A stretch of 64,000 nt of DNA, from the NCBI GenBank assembly GCA_051530055.1, contig CM121341.1:9154784-9218783 (forward strand), read 5' to 3'. Position numbers and translations under genes: made by a program. Below are positions 44,059-56,044 of the stretch, piece by piece. Under the pieces are notes generated by a model that was not told the origin of the DNA, made no database searches, and saw only the letters and a program-made list of their open reading frames with translations. Position 1 is the first letter of the stretch, and each line of letters starts with the position of its first letter. The stretch is from Neoechinorhynchus agilis. Taxonomy: Eukaryota > Animalia > Acanthocephala.

Positions 44059-47000
44059 CTAAGATCCACTTTCATTCACATGCCGCATTCCAACGTCCAA
44101 CTGTTCATTTGTTTCCAGTTCCTCTTCGCTGCTTTCAAAGTGTAAATGTTCCTCCAAGTCTGTAAATGAATATCCACTCGCATCTTCATCCGCTAAATCG
44201 TCTTCCTTTTGAAAAATGCTACCAAGTTCAGCTTTAAACACTTCTCGAATGCACCGTTCACATGCCTCGACGATTTTACCCGCTGCCATCGTCAGCAGAC
44301 TCGACGCTCCATTGTACTCAAGTGAATTGGAATGCATTAGGCGAATGTCCGCCATGAAGTGATCAACCGTCTTATAAGACTTTTGCTTAATCTTTGTACA
44401 AATAAGTTCAATATGCATTGGTTCTTTTATTTTAACATAGTAATCGGGATACTTTGTTCGGGATACTGCGCTCCTGAAATGACTAGAATTATCCACTCTA
44501 ATAACGTATTCGTTCACAATTCTCTCCAAAATGTAGGACAATGCCACTTCATCGTCTTCGTTCAGAAGAGGGTTTATCTTCGCTTCAAGGACCATTATGT
44601 CTTCTTCGGTCTCCTGAATTGCTGCAGTGAAGCGGCTAAAGATTATCTGAGCACAACGGGTAATCTCATGTTCGTCTCCATTATATCGACGACTGTTATT
44701 CACTATCAAATTAAGATCCATCAGTAGAGATTGTCGGTCAGCGTAATGATTCTTGGTGATTCGTTGACGCATTGTCTGCAAATCCATCGGATTATCCACA
44801 ATCGAATAATAGTCCGAGACGCTCCGGGCGTCAACAGGGATCAAAAATGGTTCGGCTTCCGGAAGCTGCCGAACTTCTTGTAAAATCTTCTCAAAAATAA
44901 TCGATAACGTCGTCGCCGGATCCGAGTGGTAGCTTCGAGCGCGAATTTTTACCTGTCCCGAGCCGCTATGAACCGGGGTAAAACTTCCGATTCGACTCTT
45001 TTTTTGCCGATTAACAGATTGAACCTGTTTTCGCTTATTAACGCGAGCAGCGGGCGTATTCTTAGGTTTCTTTGACTTTTGTGAATTCCTAGGACTTTGA
45101 ACGTCTGATGGATTAGATTCGCTAATGGAAACTCTTGGCATCGGTGTTTTAGATTCGGCCACGGGAACAATCGCAGCAGAAGAAGATTCGTCGAAATTTT
45201 GATTAGAAACAATCGATTTCGTTTCGTGTTCTTTAAGATTATCGTCGAGACAACCGAGCTTTTTCTGTTTTACAAGTGATCGCTCAGTTTCCTTCTTCAA
45301 CAAGGACAAAATATCTTTAGAAAGTCGTATACCATTCGTATGCGCAACTGGTTTCGACGCAGATTCCGTTGACGACATCGACGGTGCCGGCAGGGAGAAT
45401 GAATTCGTAACACTGTCCGTGTGGACCTTAGCGTCTCCGACCTTCTTCCTTCCGGCATAAAGCGGACACGCTCTGTTCGTCCTCATATGGCCAATCGATC
45501 CACAAGCGCCGCATTTCATCGTAAACTCTTTTTTTGGTTTCCTATCGATTATTGGAGCAAATTTCTCACTCACTTCTAATCGTGGCTTTTTAACCTTTAC
45601 CGGAACAACAGGCAATGTTCTTTTCCTTTTTATGCCTTTGTCGCTAACAATCTCATTAATCTCGTCCTGCGTCCGCCTACTGCGAATGAGAGTGTAAAGT
45701 TTTATCACCGAAGAGTTCCGGACAACGATTTCTTCAACTCGTCCGTCTTCGTATTTCCTGGCAATCTTCATCAGGCTAAACACTTCATCGATACTTCGGC
45801 GATTTTTCTCCTTTTTCTTCTTATTTCTCAATAGATCACTTCCGCCTCTATAAATAAAATTCAACTGTGCTTCAAAAATCGCTTGTTTCTCTTTTTCGAA
45901 TGCATTTTTGTAGCTCGTGTAAGATTTGACACTTCGAGATCTCTTAGCGGTTCTCACGGAATTGGACCGTTTTCCTTTCCTGTCCGTTGAATCATCGGCT
46001 GAACTGAGCGATTGATTGTGTTCATCGAACGCCATACAAATGCCCCTCATCACCTCCTTTTCTTCAATTCTCAACATTCCGCCCACGTCGTGGTTTGTGC
46101 ATCCAAACACTTTAAGAATCTGAGACAACTGAACGGGATCGATTCGATTAACGAAATTATCGGTCTGCATGATCGCTTCAATCTTCTGCGGCAACGAAGA
46201 TGAGTTCAAAATCGTCTTCATTGCCGCGTCGATCGCTCGATTGATTCGTTTCGAGCTCACATTTGAGGCTTTCATTGAATGCTTTACAAAAGAATATCCA
46301 AACCCCCGGTTACTGAACGGATCTGCTTCTCCGGTCATCGTAAGAAAACACCGTCCATCTACTGCGTCCGAAAGCGCTTTCGTTGTGTGCCACGGCATCG
46401 ATTTTGATTTAGCGATTGAAAGCAAATTTCGCTTCTTTTTGTCGGACTCGAATTTTTCAGATAAAAGAGCGGAACGTATTTGTTCCACTTCCTTCATTCT
46501 GTACTCATTACGAAGTCGCGTCGCGTTAGCACAATACTGCTCGGCTGAGACGAGATGAGCGATCTCTCTTTCTCGCAGCAAACGAAAATTACGCTTCAGC
46601 CTCCACACGTTTTGCTGATTTTCCAAGACTTCCATCTTAGCAACTCTCCTCATTCGCTTCCTGACCGAAATGTCCAAATTAGCCGGAAACAATCTTGACA
46701 AAGTCTCAAACGAAATTACGGGCAGAGCTTCACCGTTTGAACAATGTGCACTCCAAAATAGCCGAAGAATCGTTGCGTAGATAAAGTTTCGCACAAATGC
46801 GGCACCCTGCTTCGAACTCGGGCCTGGTACTATTTTCATTGGAAGCTCTTGACCAACACAAAAGAGACTTTGAATAAGTTTTATACTCATTCCTTCGCTA
46901 TCGCAGTTCGTGATCATGAAATCGTAATTGCTTGACTTTTGAACACAAACAGGAGCTCGGAACAAATTGCACTCTGCCGCCTGAACGCATTGCCCTTCAT

Positions 47001-48144
47001 TGAGAATCCCCAAGAACGGTTCAGCATTACCATCAACAACTGGCCGGTTCTCACCCGTCCGGAATTCGGGCATCGTTCCTTTAAAGAAATTGACAATCCG
47101 CAAGTTCATTCCGGCTTTATTCATTAATGGAGGATCTCTTTCCAAATATTCAAGCAAAAGCAGACAAGTATCTTTTCTTTGAAAATGTTGAACGATTTCG
47201 GGCAATAATATGCAATCGTAAATTCCGAGATCGCTTTCATTTTTGAGTTGCGTGTGAGTTGGAAAAGGATACTCATTTGGATGCATCGTCAGGGCCGATT
47301 TTAAATGAATGATTGTTTTTGGAGGAACATTTGCAATTTCCTGCATTTTTCCTTTCGGCTGTAAAGAGCGCCTCGTTTCAAACTCGTCAAATGAATGGTA
47401 TGAATTTGAGATAAACTCATTTCGTTTACACTCTTTTGGTGCGCATTGCGTCAATCTGATCGGAGCGTCCACTTCATCATTCTCTAAATCCAATTGTTCA
47501 AGTCCGAATTTAAACAATTGCAGTGGTTCGGAGCATTGCTCGCTCACCGGTGGTTGAATCCATTTCTCAATCGGTCTTCGTCTTTCGATGACTTTTTGTA
47601 TTTGCCGACTGGACAAACAAAGATGGAGATTGGTTGCCGAATAATCAACTTGGGGAAGCGAATTCGTAGGGAAGTCTCGGTATTCCGGGTGATTTTGTAT
47701 GAACGCCTTGACGACGCTGGTCAGCAAGACGTAATCCGAGTCCAAATATCCGAATCCTGGACGAATTACTTCTTCTTTTGCTTCTTTTTTCTCATCCTCT
47801 GCCACACTATTTTTTTGAAACTGTTCACTTAAACGTTCATTTGTAGCGGATTTCTTCGTTTCCTCGGTTTTGCCTATTTGTTCGAATACTGAACTTCGGT
47901 CGATCGTAGTTTTCCTTTGAACCCGTTTTTGAGAAATCCGTCGTTTAATTTCGTCAACCTCAGCCTTTTTTTGCTTCCAATAAGTCACGGGATCTCGTTT
48001 TGAATTGACAGCAAAAACGATGTCGAGAGGGTCCAGAGTAGCATTCGGTGTGAAATTTGGAATATAGTGCTTTATGGTTAGTCCTTTGTAGCTTCTTGGA
48101 AGCATTGTGCCCATTGGGGCATCCTGCTGTGATTGATCTACCAT
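44059..48144 (-). CDS. TAF1: TFIID subunit 1, single long exon
   Basis: Central TAF1 domain (LLLEYLERDPPLMNKAGM, ECNLFRAPV, GQELP..VPGPSSK, PWHTT..GEADP), zinc knuckle CGACGSIGHMRTNRACPLY, two bromodomains (PFLIPVD..DYYSIVDNPMDL..NSRRYNG; DYYVKIKEPM..NSLEYNG). First ATG at 48144; an upstream exon is possible. Confidence 0.95.
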   Translation of the reverse strand: MVDQSQQDAPMGTMLPRSYKGLTIKHYIPNFTPNATLDPLDIVFAVNSKRDPVTYWKQKKAEVDEIKRRISQKRVQRKTTIDRSSVFEQIGKTEETKKSATNERLSEQFQKNSVAEDEKKEAKEEVIRPGFGYLDSDYVLLTSVVKAFIQNHPEYRDFPTNSLPQVDYSATNLHLCLSSRQIQKVIERRRPIEKWIQPPVSEQCSEPLQLFKFGLEQLDLENDEVDAPIRLTQCAPKECKRNEFISNSYHSFDEFETRRSLQPKGKMQEIANVPPKTIIHLKSALTMHPNEYPFPTHTQLKNESDLGIYDCILLPEIVQHFQRKDTCLLLLEYLERDPPLMNKAGMNLRIVNFFKGTMPEFRTGENRPVVDGNAEPFLGILNEGQCVQAAECNLFRAPVCVQKSSNYDFMITNCDSEGMSIKLIQSLFCVGQELPMKIVPGPSSKQGAAFVRNFIYATILRLFWSAHCSNGEALPVISFETLSRLFPANLDISVRKRMRRVAKMEVLENQQNVWRLKRNFRLLREREIAHLVSAEQYCANATRLRNEYRMKEVEQIRSALLSEKFESDKKKRNLLSIAKSKSMPWHTTKALSDAVDGRCFLTMTGEADPFSNRGFGYSFVKHSMKASNVSSKRINRAIDAAMKTILNSSSLPQKIEAIMQTDNFVNRIDPVQLSQILKVFGCTNHDVGGMLRIEEKEVMRGICMAFDEHNQSLSSADDSTDRKGKRSNSVRTAKRSRSVKSYTSYKNAFEKEKQAIFEAQLNFIYRGGSDLLRNKKKKEKNRRSIDEVFSLMKIARKYEDGRVEEIVVRNSSVIKLYTLIRSRRTQDEINEIVSDKGIKRKRTLPVVPVKVKKPRLEVSEKFAPIIDRKPKKEFTMKCGACGSIGHMRTNRACPLYAGRKKVGDAKVHTDSVTNSFSLPAPSMSSTESASKPVAHTNGIRLSKDILSLLKKETERSLVKQKKLGCLDDNLKEHETKSIVSNQNFDESSSAAIVPVAESKTPMPRVSISESNPSDVQSPRNSQKSKKPKNTPAARVNKRKQVQSVNRQKKSRIGSFTPVHSGSGQVKIRARSYHSDPATTLSIIFEKILQEVRQLPEAEPFLIPVDARSVSDYYSIVDNPMDLQTMRQRITKNHYADRQSLLMDLNLIVNNSRRYNGDEHEITRCAQIIFSRFTAAIQETEEDIMVLEAKINPLLNEDDEVALSYILERIVNEYVIRVDNSSHFRSAVSRTKYPDYYVKIKEPMHIELICTKIKQKSYKTVDHFMADIRLMHSNSLEYNGASSLLTMAAGKIVEACERCIREVFKAELGSIFQKEDDLADEDASGYSFTDLEEHLHFESSEEELETNEQLDVGMRHVNESGS

Positions 48145-48339
48145 TTCAAGTATCTGAAAAATCACAGATAAATTAAAAAAAGAAACCCAATTTAAATCAA
48201 TGATGTTTCTCGTTCAACATAACTTCGAATGCGTACAAATAACGAATTCAAATCAATGATTTTTCCAATTGGGAATACTTGCATTCTTTTAAAATCTTTT
48301 TTAAATTCATAAACTCGATATTTACAGTCCTCGAGATGG

Positions 48340-48530
48340 TCTAGGAGAAGGAGAGGAGGGACGGAGCGGGCCCGGAGAAGGAGTGAATGGTCCACTGAGT
48401 CGAAAGCTTTAGATAAATCAAGTTAAATGAGACGGTTGACATGGGAGGGATTATTGTCGAGGTCAGGTAGAAGCTTGTCATAAATGCAAAGTAGGGCATC
48501 GGTTGCAGAAAATTTGGGCCGGAAGCCAAA
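48340..48530 (-). mobile_element. CR1/L2-like LINE RT fragment
   Basis: Reverse-strand homolog of 36110-36300 (gatttatctaaagctttcgactcagtggaccattcactcc = DLSKAFDSVDHSL). Confidence 0.72.
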
Positions 48531-48597
48531 TTGTATAGTGAAAAATTACGAGATTTATAACATTTTTCGATGATTTTTGAAGGGGCGGCGGGTAGGA

Positions 48598-48965
48598 TAT
48601 GATGATTTGTAAAGATATCACCAAATTCTCTGAGATGAAGACGTTAATGTTCGTCGAAATCGAAATAATTTAAATCAGTCAAAATTGTGAGCGTCGCGCA
48701 ATTTTATGGTTTGCATTTTCTCAATCGATTATGAGAACATCTTTACTGATATTTCTAATGATGATTTGAAAGATATCACCAAGATCTCTGAGATGAAGAC
48801 TTTAATGTCAGTTGTAATCGAAATAATTTAAATCGATCAAAATTGTGAGCGTCGGGCATTTTTGTTCATCACTTTTAGCTCAATCGATGATGAGAACATC
48901 TTTACTGATATTTCTAATGATGATTTGAAAGATATCACCAAGATCTCTGAGATGAAGACGTTTAT
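48598..48965. repeat. Short tandem repeat, ~162-bp unit, about 2.3 copies
   Basis: atgatgatttg(t)aaagatatcaccaa..ctctgagatgaagac at ~48600, ~48760 and ~48920. Confidence 0.85.
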
Positions 48966-49426
48966 GATCGTCGAACATGAAACCTTTACGAGTACACAAA
49001 ATGCATGGTTCTTTGATATGTGGTTTATTGTGGAAACTTAAAGAACGATGCAGGTTTTTCTTGGGTTTTCAGTTATTTCATTCAAAATTATACGTTAATT
49101 ACTCTGATTAGTAGAATTAAGTATCAATGTGTGGCCTTCTATCACGACTGATAATTTTTCGGGCACACAGGGCAGTCTTCAAAAGTTAGTAGAATTGTTT
49201 ATCCGTGTAAGGCATGTAAAGATAGTTTAAAAACATTGATTCGGATGTATAAGGACTACCATCTTCACGATTTATACTTTGTAATAATCGCAATCGTGGA
49301 GAAGAATTGGAAAATATTTTGATTTCTAAGCGATTTCCTAGAAATCTTCAGGTATCATGAGGCGCTATTTTCGTTTTTTTATACGCTTGGCATGTAAAAC
49401 CCACAAAAACGATTCACGCTATGAAT

Positions 49427-49885
49427 TTATGGGACGGTATTGTCAGGTTCCATAACAACTTCATCGTCTTCATAGATAATCGGTTCTACGGCCTGTTTAA
49501 GCTTGTCCGGATCACGTGTTTGTAGTTGTCTCAATTGCTTCCGTTTCATCTTCTTTATCTTGGCAGGATCTCGAATGACTTGAACAACTTCTGCTCTTCT
49601 CTCGTTCTCAATCCTCCTTTTTTCATTTTCTTCTCTTCGCTCACGTCGTTCCTTTCGATGTTGAACCACTGCGGCTTCTAATTTCTTTTGCTTTTCCTGA
49701 ACGCTTTTTACTTCATTGCGAATACGTTTGCTGCTTTTAAAATCACAGCCAGGAATGGCTTTCTTGATCTTAGAGCGTTCACGCTTCCATGTCCTTCCCG
49801 ATTTTGGTCGGCCGCTTGGAATCGAATTAACCCTTTGTTTAAGTTCTTGAACTCGTTGAGCAATTCTAGTTGAGATTTCTGCCAT
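49427..49885 (-). CDS. CCDC86: Coiled-coil domain-containing 86 (Cgr1-like nucleolar protein)
   Basis: GRPKSGRTWK and ENERRAEVVQVIRDPAKIKKMKRKQLRQLQTRD signature; ATG at 49885. Confidence 0.9.
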   Translation of the reverse strand: MAEISTRIAQRVQELKQRVNSIPSGRPKSGRTWKRERSKIKKAIPGCDFKSSKRIRNEVKSVQEKQKKLEAAVVQHRKERRERREENEKRRIENERRAEVVQVIRDPAKIKKMKRKQLRQLQTRDPDKLKQAVEPIIYEDDEVVMEPDNTVP

Positions 49886-50044
49886 TTCTAGAACAAATAA
49901 ACGTATAATATCGATCAAAAACGGAAACATTCAGATCAAACGCTTTATGCCGAACGAAAGAAAACGAAGTGGAGATGGAGCTAAAGTTCCCGTCTCGGGG
50001 CATTTAGTTCCTACTGATCAACAGAAAGATGGACCATTCAAAGC

Positions 50045-50165
50045 TGTCTAATGGTCGAAGGGATGGCTGCAAAAGTTCCCCCGTTGGAGGAATTCTCCTG
50101 CCTTCGGATCGCCAGTGATTCGTCTCTTCGACCTACGATGCGGTACCAAACGACCAGAGTGTGGT
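50045..50165 (+). mobile_element. Repeat family 2 fragment
   Basis: gttggaggaat.ctcctg..cggatcgccagtgattc..ccaaacgaccagag, as at 20140-20240. Confidence 0.65.
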
Positions 50166-50949
50166 TTTTAGGATTAAAACATCGAAAAATCCAGTTTTTG
50201 AATTAACTATTAGAAGAATTCTCTATTAAGACGCAAGAGATGACCACTGTTATAGTTCAAAATGATCGACTTCAAATCATCGATAAGTTTACGACGTTCT
50301 CAAAAACCTTTCGGCTGTCAAGATTTTCATTTTAAAAAGATTTAAATCAATCATTCTCCATCAAACTGCTCAAAAATACCTTCGAATTGAAATCGATTAA
50401 ATATTAAATCTAAGATACCCTATACTCTCTCGCGCGCGCAATCATATTTATTAACCAAAATGCAATGAATTTGAGAATCACTTTACATTCCACGACCTAT
50501 AAATATGAAAATAAAACACAAAAGACTATGATTTTGTTAATGCTTACGATACTTCCTCCGGACTCATGTGAGCACTTTGTCCAAGACTGGCGAAATTCAC
50601 TCGTCCATCAGGAAATATTCGAAGCTTCACGTATGATGCGTGGTCCATTTGAGAGATGAGCAAGACGGTTTTAATGAAAAGATTTCCAAGAAAATAATCA
50701 TTTCCGTCGATCAATGTTTACAATCGATTAGTTCATGTGCAAATGGGAAACTTCAATTTTTATGAAATCCTTGCGATCTGCATCCGGTTCAAAACAAAAG
50801 GAACGTAAAGAAGTTAATCGATTTCTTGTGAGTCCCTTTAACCAATGATTAAAAAAAGTGATCGTTTCATCGTCCAAAAATGCTATAAAACTTCTACTGA
50901 TAAAATTAAATAAGGCGACCAAAGTATCTCAAATTTCTCGGTTCGGAAC

Positions 50950-51693
50950 AGCTCCCGAATTCCAAAAAAAATCATGCTCACCAATCATTCAAACTGAATC
51001 TCAACCAAGCATTCGTTGGAAGTTGTAGAGCTCTAAAGGCCGAAATCGTTGAGGGAATAAAGCGAAGCAAAAACACAATTTGAACGTACCTACAAACGAA
51101 ATACCTAATTGCGTTCGCATGAAAAACGTAAACTTCATGAGTATCCGCGTCTTGTCCCGTGTTTGCTCGATGAATGTGTTTACGAAATGCTTCATCCAAT
51201 TGATCGGAATCCGAAGCAGCTCTTAGCCGTTTTGATCGACTCGGTTCTGCAGCACATGGCAAATCTTCATTTAAAAGACAATCCTCCTCTACATTGTCGA
51301 TATGTAGGACGGCGTTGATTATCGATGCGGTTTCTCGTGCTCGTATGAGTGCTGAATGAACCAATCGATCAAACCGAATCCGAAGATCAAGGAGTCTATA
51401 AGCTGTAGATTGAGCTTGTTGTCGGCCGAGACTGGTCAAAACGTGTTCTCGATGATCTTCTGGCCGCATGTCGTATTGACCGTGCCGGATTAAGTATATA
51501 GACCTCGTGCCATTACCGTGATTCGATTCTCGACTAAATAATATCAAAAAAGGAAAAAACCATTATGATTTACTAACCAATCCCAATTCCAATCCCATAT
51601 CTTGTTCGATTCGGATCTAGGCTGAGAAATTACGGCTGCAGTCGTCGCAACTGAAACCCCAGCAACCAAAATCGATCCTAACAATTTCGCCAT
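50950..51693 (-). CDS. PGAM5: PGAM5 mitochondrial Ser/Thr phosphatase
   Basis: MAKLLGSILVAGVSVATTAAVI anchor, WDWNWD|CRES motif, YLIRHGQY, HSALIRARETA, HANAIRYFVCR|ALQLPTNAWLRFSL; two short introns; the last exon is unresolved. Confidence 0.9.
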
Positions 51694-51854
51694 TAATCAA
51701 CAACAACAAAATAAGTGGATTTTTCACAAAAGAATTGTAAATTTTCCACCTTTTAAACATATTCCGTTCTTTCGCTTTCCTCGACGATTCACAAAACGAG
51801 ATACAGAAGAACTTCCTGGGAGTCTTGAAAAAAGGACTAAAATAAATGCTTTAC

Positions 51855-52735
51855 ACGAAATATCGGATTTAATAAATTCTCTTTCAATTTTTCACTGTTG
51901 TAAACAAACATTTATTATTAATCAGAAATTCAGGAATCACAAGATTGTGCCACCGAAATATCGGATTTAATAAATTCCCTTTAAATTTTTCACCGTCGTA
52001 AACAAACATTTATTATTAATCAGAAATTCAGGAATCACAAGATTGTGCCACCGAAATATCGGATTTAATAAATTCCCTTTCAATTTTTCACCGTTGTAAA
52101 CAAACATTTATTATTAATCAGAAATTCAGGAATCACAAGATTGTGCCACCGAAATATCGGATTTAATAAATTCCCTTTCAATTTTTCACCGTCGTAAACA
52201 AACATTTATTATTAATCAGAAATTCAGGAATCACAAGATTGTGCCACCGAAATATCGGATTTAATAAATTCCCTTTAAATTTTTCACCGTCGTAAACAAA
52301 CATTTATTATTAATCAGAAATTCAGGAATCACAAGATTGTGCCACCGAAATATCGAATTTAATAAATTCCCTTTCAATTTTTCACTGTTGTAAACAAACA
52401 TTTATTATTAATCAGAAATTCAGGAATCACAAGATTGTGCCACCGAAATATCGGATTTAATAAATTCCCTTTAAATTTTTCACCGTCGTAAACAAACATT
52501 TATTATTAATCAGAAATTCAGGAATCACAAGATTGTGCCACCGAAATATCGGATTTAATAAATTCCCTTTCAATTTTTCACCGTCGTAAACAAACATTTA
52601 TTATTAATCAGAAATTCAGGAATCACAAGATTGTGCCACCGAAATATCGGATTTAATAAATTCCCTTTAAATTTTTCACCGTCGTAAACAAACATTTATT
52701 ATTAATCAGAAATTCAGGAATCACAAGATTGTGCA
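51855..52735. repeat. Tandem repeat, 98-bp unit, about 9 copies
   Basis: caccgaaatatcggatttaataaattcccttt..cagaaattcaggaatcacaagattgtgc at 51950, 52048 and onward. Confidence 0.95.
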
Positions 52736-53417
52736 AGTAGATCTAGAAAAGTTAATTATATCTTAAATTTATTGATGTTTTGATATTAATAATAAAGGTT
52801 ATTTTTCTCAAAATTGAACAACGAATAACTAAAAAACCATGGCGGCTATCGCCAATCCGAAAACAGATTTGGAATCAACGCGATTTAAAACATCAATCAA
52901 TTTCAGACCAAATTAACTTTTCTAGATCTGCTTTTGACGCTGAATTCACCTGCAATAACGGTTTCGACTGGCTTGTTAAATTTTGACACTAAGTTTTAAG
53001 ATTGAAGTTCAATAAAGACACATTAATTAAATCCATGGTTCTAAAAAGATCGTTGCAATGGAATTTTCATGATTATTAGCACCTTCGTTGATTATTCGAT
53101 GCTTCCTTGTCGATTTGCTCATAACGATTTTAGCTGCAAAATTTCGATATATAATTTTTTCGTAATCTTTAATTTCATCGCATAATTCTCAGGAATTAAA
53201 TCTACTTGGTTTTTGTGAACTCCTGAATTCTTTATAAAATAAAGTTTTATTAGAAATGTCATTGTTCCAATGGGATTTTCAGGATTATTTGCATTTTCGT
53301 TGATTATTCAATCCTTCCTTGTCGATTTGGTCATAACGATTTTAGCAACAAAATTTCGATATGTAATTTTTATGTTGAAAAGATAATTCATTGTTATTTG
53401 TTGATAAGAGAGATAAA

Positions 53418-53585
53418 TGAAATTAAGATTTTATTGGATATTTCGATCCACTATCTCGTATCTTCTTCGGCGATTGCTTGCAAGTTTTCAAATATTCGAG
53501 ACTCGAATATTTAAAAACTTACAAGCAATCGCTGAAGAAGATCCGAGATAGTGGATCGAAATATCCAATAAAATCTTAATTTCAT
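53418..53585. repeat. Near-perfect ~165-bp foldback palindrome
   Basis: attaagattttattggatatttcgatccactatctcg..aatattcgag|actcgaatatt..cgagatagtggatcgaaatatccaataaaatcttaat. Confidence 0.85.
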
Positions 53586-53762
53586 AATATTTTATCGTAA
53601 TCCTTAATTTCCATCGCATAATTCTGAGGAATTAAATCAATTTCGTTATTGTGGACTCGAGAATTCTTTAACTTTATGAAGCTGTTCGTTCGACTGTGCA
53701 TTAGGCTCTTTCGTCACTTGGTGTTTTTAAAAATACAGTTTTCGGGTTCATTTGGAGCGAAT

Positions 53763-54258
53763 TATGACGTGTTCCAAGTTAGTGATTCCAACAAGTTCTC
53801 GTCTTTACATTCGTACAACTCGAATGGATATTTGCATGATTCGTTTATTCTTAACAGTATTGGCAACAATAATGGCTGGCGTGTACTTCGCTGTACTGGT
53901 CAATGATCGTGAAACGCCTCCAACGGTTGCCGTTGCAGCTCTCATGTCATATTTAATGGCTTCGTCGATTTCACTTGTATTTTCTCTTATTTGTCTTCCA
54001 AAGGAAAAGTTACCTTGGATATATCTCGTGCTTGGATGTTTGATTATTGAGACTTCTATCTGCATTTGGCTTCCATTGCAGCCAGATTGGAATAAATCCG
54101 TTAACGTGATCCACTTTGTTGGATCCGCAATCATTGCTTTAACTATCGTCCATGTACTCGAGATCTCCCTTGCAATTGCGGCTCATGTGCGCTCATCTAA
54201 ACGGCCTACAGAAACTCACATCATTGAAGGAACTGACTTTATTGTAACTCATGTTTGA
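53763..54258 (+). CDS. Orphan four-transmembrane protein
   Basis: Uninterrupted ~165-codon ORF with four hydrophobic helices and a polar C-terminal tail; family not recognised. Confidence 0.5.
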
Positions 54259-54679
54259 TCGAATGCTTATTAAATTTGATCGAGATTTTGAGTCTTTAAC
54301 TACTCAAAGTCCGACTCAGTCATCCACTCCAAAGTGTTCACGAGGACCCAGAGATACATGGTTCCTTTTCTTTATCAAAAATAAAACTTGCTATTATTAA
54401 ATCTGAAGACGTCCGACGAAACGGACCAAACGTTATGTGAAATTGATCTAATAAATTAATATCTATATCACAAAGCAAGCATAATATAGAAAACCTAACG
54501 CTAGAGACTATTTGTAAACGTTCTAAGTTCCGATTGTAGGGTTTTTAGTGTTTAGAATACAAACCGTCTTTATGTACTATACATCGTTATTTATTAGAGT
54601 TTAAAAAGCGATTTATTTAGGATCGAGAAACTGATTTTGCTGTGTCCAAAAGCGAGCACAAATTTCCATAAACGACACG

Positions 54680-54960
54680 ATCCGAGATCAGGAGAACAAA
54701 ACATAAATCCAGCTATGTAACGGTGGAACGCTGCATCCGTCTTTTCGACCGTTAAACCAAAACGACAACTTTCATAAATGTAAAAATCGCTAAAGTTTAG
54801 GATGCTCTAAGCCCAATTTTTAGGAATTGTATTATACAATTTTAAAATGCACTCTCCATTATAAGCTGAAATCTTTGTTTAACTCTGTATATTTTATTTT
54901 TCCTGCCGTATGGATGCATCGTTCCACCGTTACAGAGCCAGACTTATGTTTTGTAGGAGG
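54680..54960. mobile_element. Two repeat family 2 fragments in opposite orientation
   Basis: Minus copy at ~54680-54765 (gagatcaggag.acaaaacataa..tttcgaccgtta); plus copy at ~54905-54960 (cgttccaccgttacagagccagacttatgttttgtaggagg). Confidence 0.6.
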
Positions 54961-55019
54961 AATACATCTTAAAGATGTATCTTGATTCAATTCATAAGTT
55001 TTATGTAATCTTAAGAGCT

Positions 55020-55430
55020 TGCTAATTTTCTTTGTAAATTATCGTCTCGCGCATCACTCCCTCTTCCTCAAGCTCAACACCTTTAAAATTTACCTCCTCA
55101 AAAGCCTACGAGATATGGAGTCCCTTTTCTCCCGATCTTTACAAATTTTACTTCAGTTTTATTTTACTCTCCCTTATCTACGGTTATCCCGTATTTCGCA
55201 ACCTTTCCAAATCTCAAATCCGTCGCCTTTAACGCTTTACGGATAAGAGAATCTAAAATTCGAATCGTTGATTTCCCCCGCTCGTCAAATGCCATTATAA
55301 AATTTTAATCAAATAATCAAAACGCATCCCAACCCTTGAACCACAATTTGAACACATCACTCGTAATCCTAATTCGTTTCATCCTCCCTGGACCTCGCAC
55401 CTCCCTCAACCTACGCTCCTTTTTCCATGC
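55020..55430 (+). mobile_element. CR1/L2-like LINE post-RT fragment
   Basis: C-rich and homologous to 40760-40830 (ctcgcgcatca..ctcaagc..tttaaaattt..ctcctcaaa); NTFKIYLLKSLR. Confidence 0.5.
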
Positions 55431-56044
55431 AGCCCAATCTTCTCGGATATCATAACCTGAAATGATTCTGAGGAAAGACTCAACCAATCGCCAAATCCCA
55501 CCCGACCGAACTCAATGTCCACTCCAAAATCAACAGCCAAACTCATTTTTCCTTTCAGATCTCGAGTGTTTATGAGGATCCAAACGGTATGTGTCATTAT
55601 TATACTTGGAATAGTAATTATATTCGAAACCAATGAGTTTTCGACGATAATTAAAACGGGAATATAAAAAGATCAGTTTTTGAGCACTGGAAACGTTTTT
55701 TAATCGACTTATAAAAATCAAAGGTCATTTATTAGTACAGTTATATCGGTGATGGAATTAATTTTTCTTGGGTTCTCTAAAAACTATTTTTTCCGCCCGT
55801 ACGATTGTAAGCATCGAAGACAAACGATGTTCAAATAGGAATTGACATCTCAGAATTTGAACATAGATAATGTTTCGATTCTCTCAATGAAACAGTTTAT
55901 TTCATTACACTTTTTGTTACACACTCGGTCAATTCAAACGATGCCATGGTGGAGATTTTTGTTAAAAAATCCCGTTTTTCCCACTTTCAAACTTGAAGAG
56001 TAGACTTTTGGGAATGTGGTGAAATCGAAACTCGGTTAAAGAAT

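Noticed and set aside
44359-47832. Short ORFs antisense to or overlapping TAF1 (and likewise UNC80, IPMK, protocadherin)
   Set aside because: Shadow frames of real coding sequence with no independent motifs.
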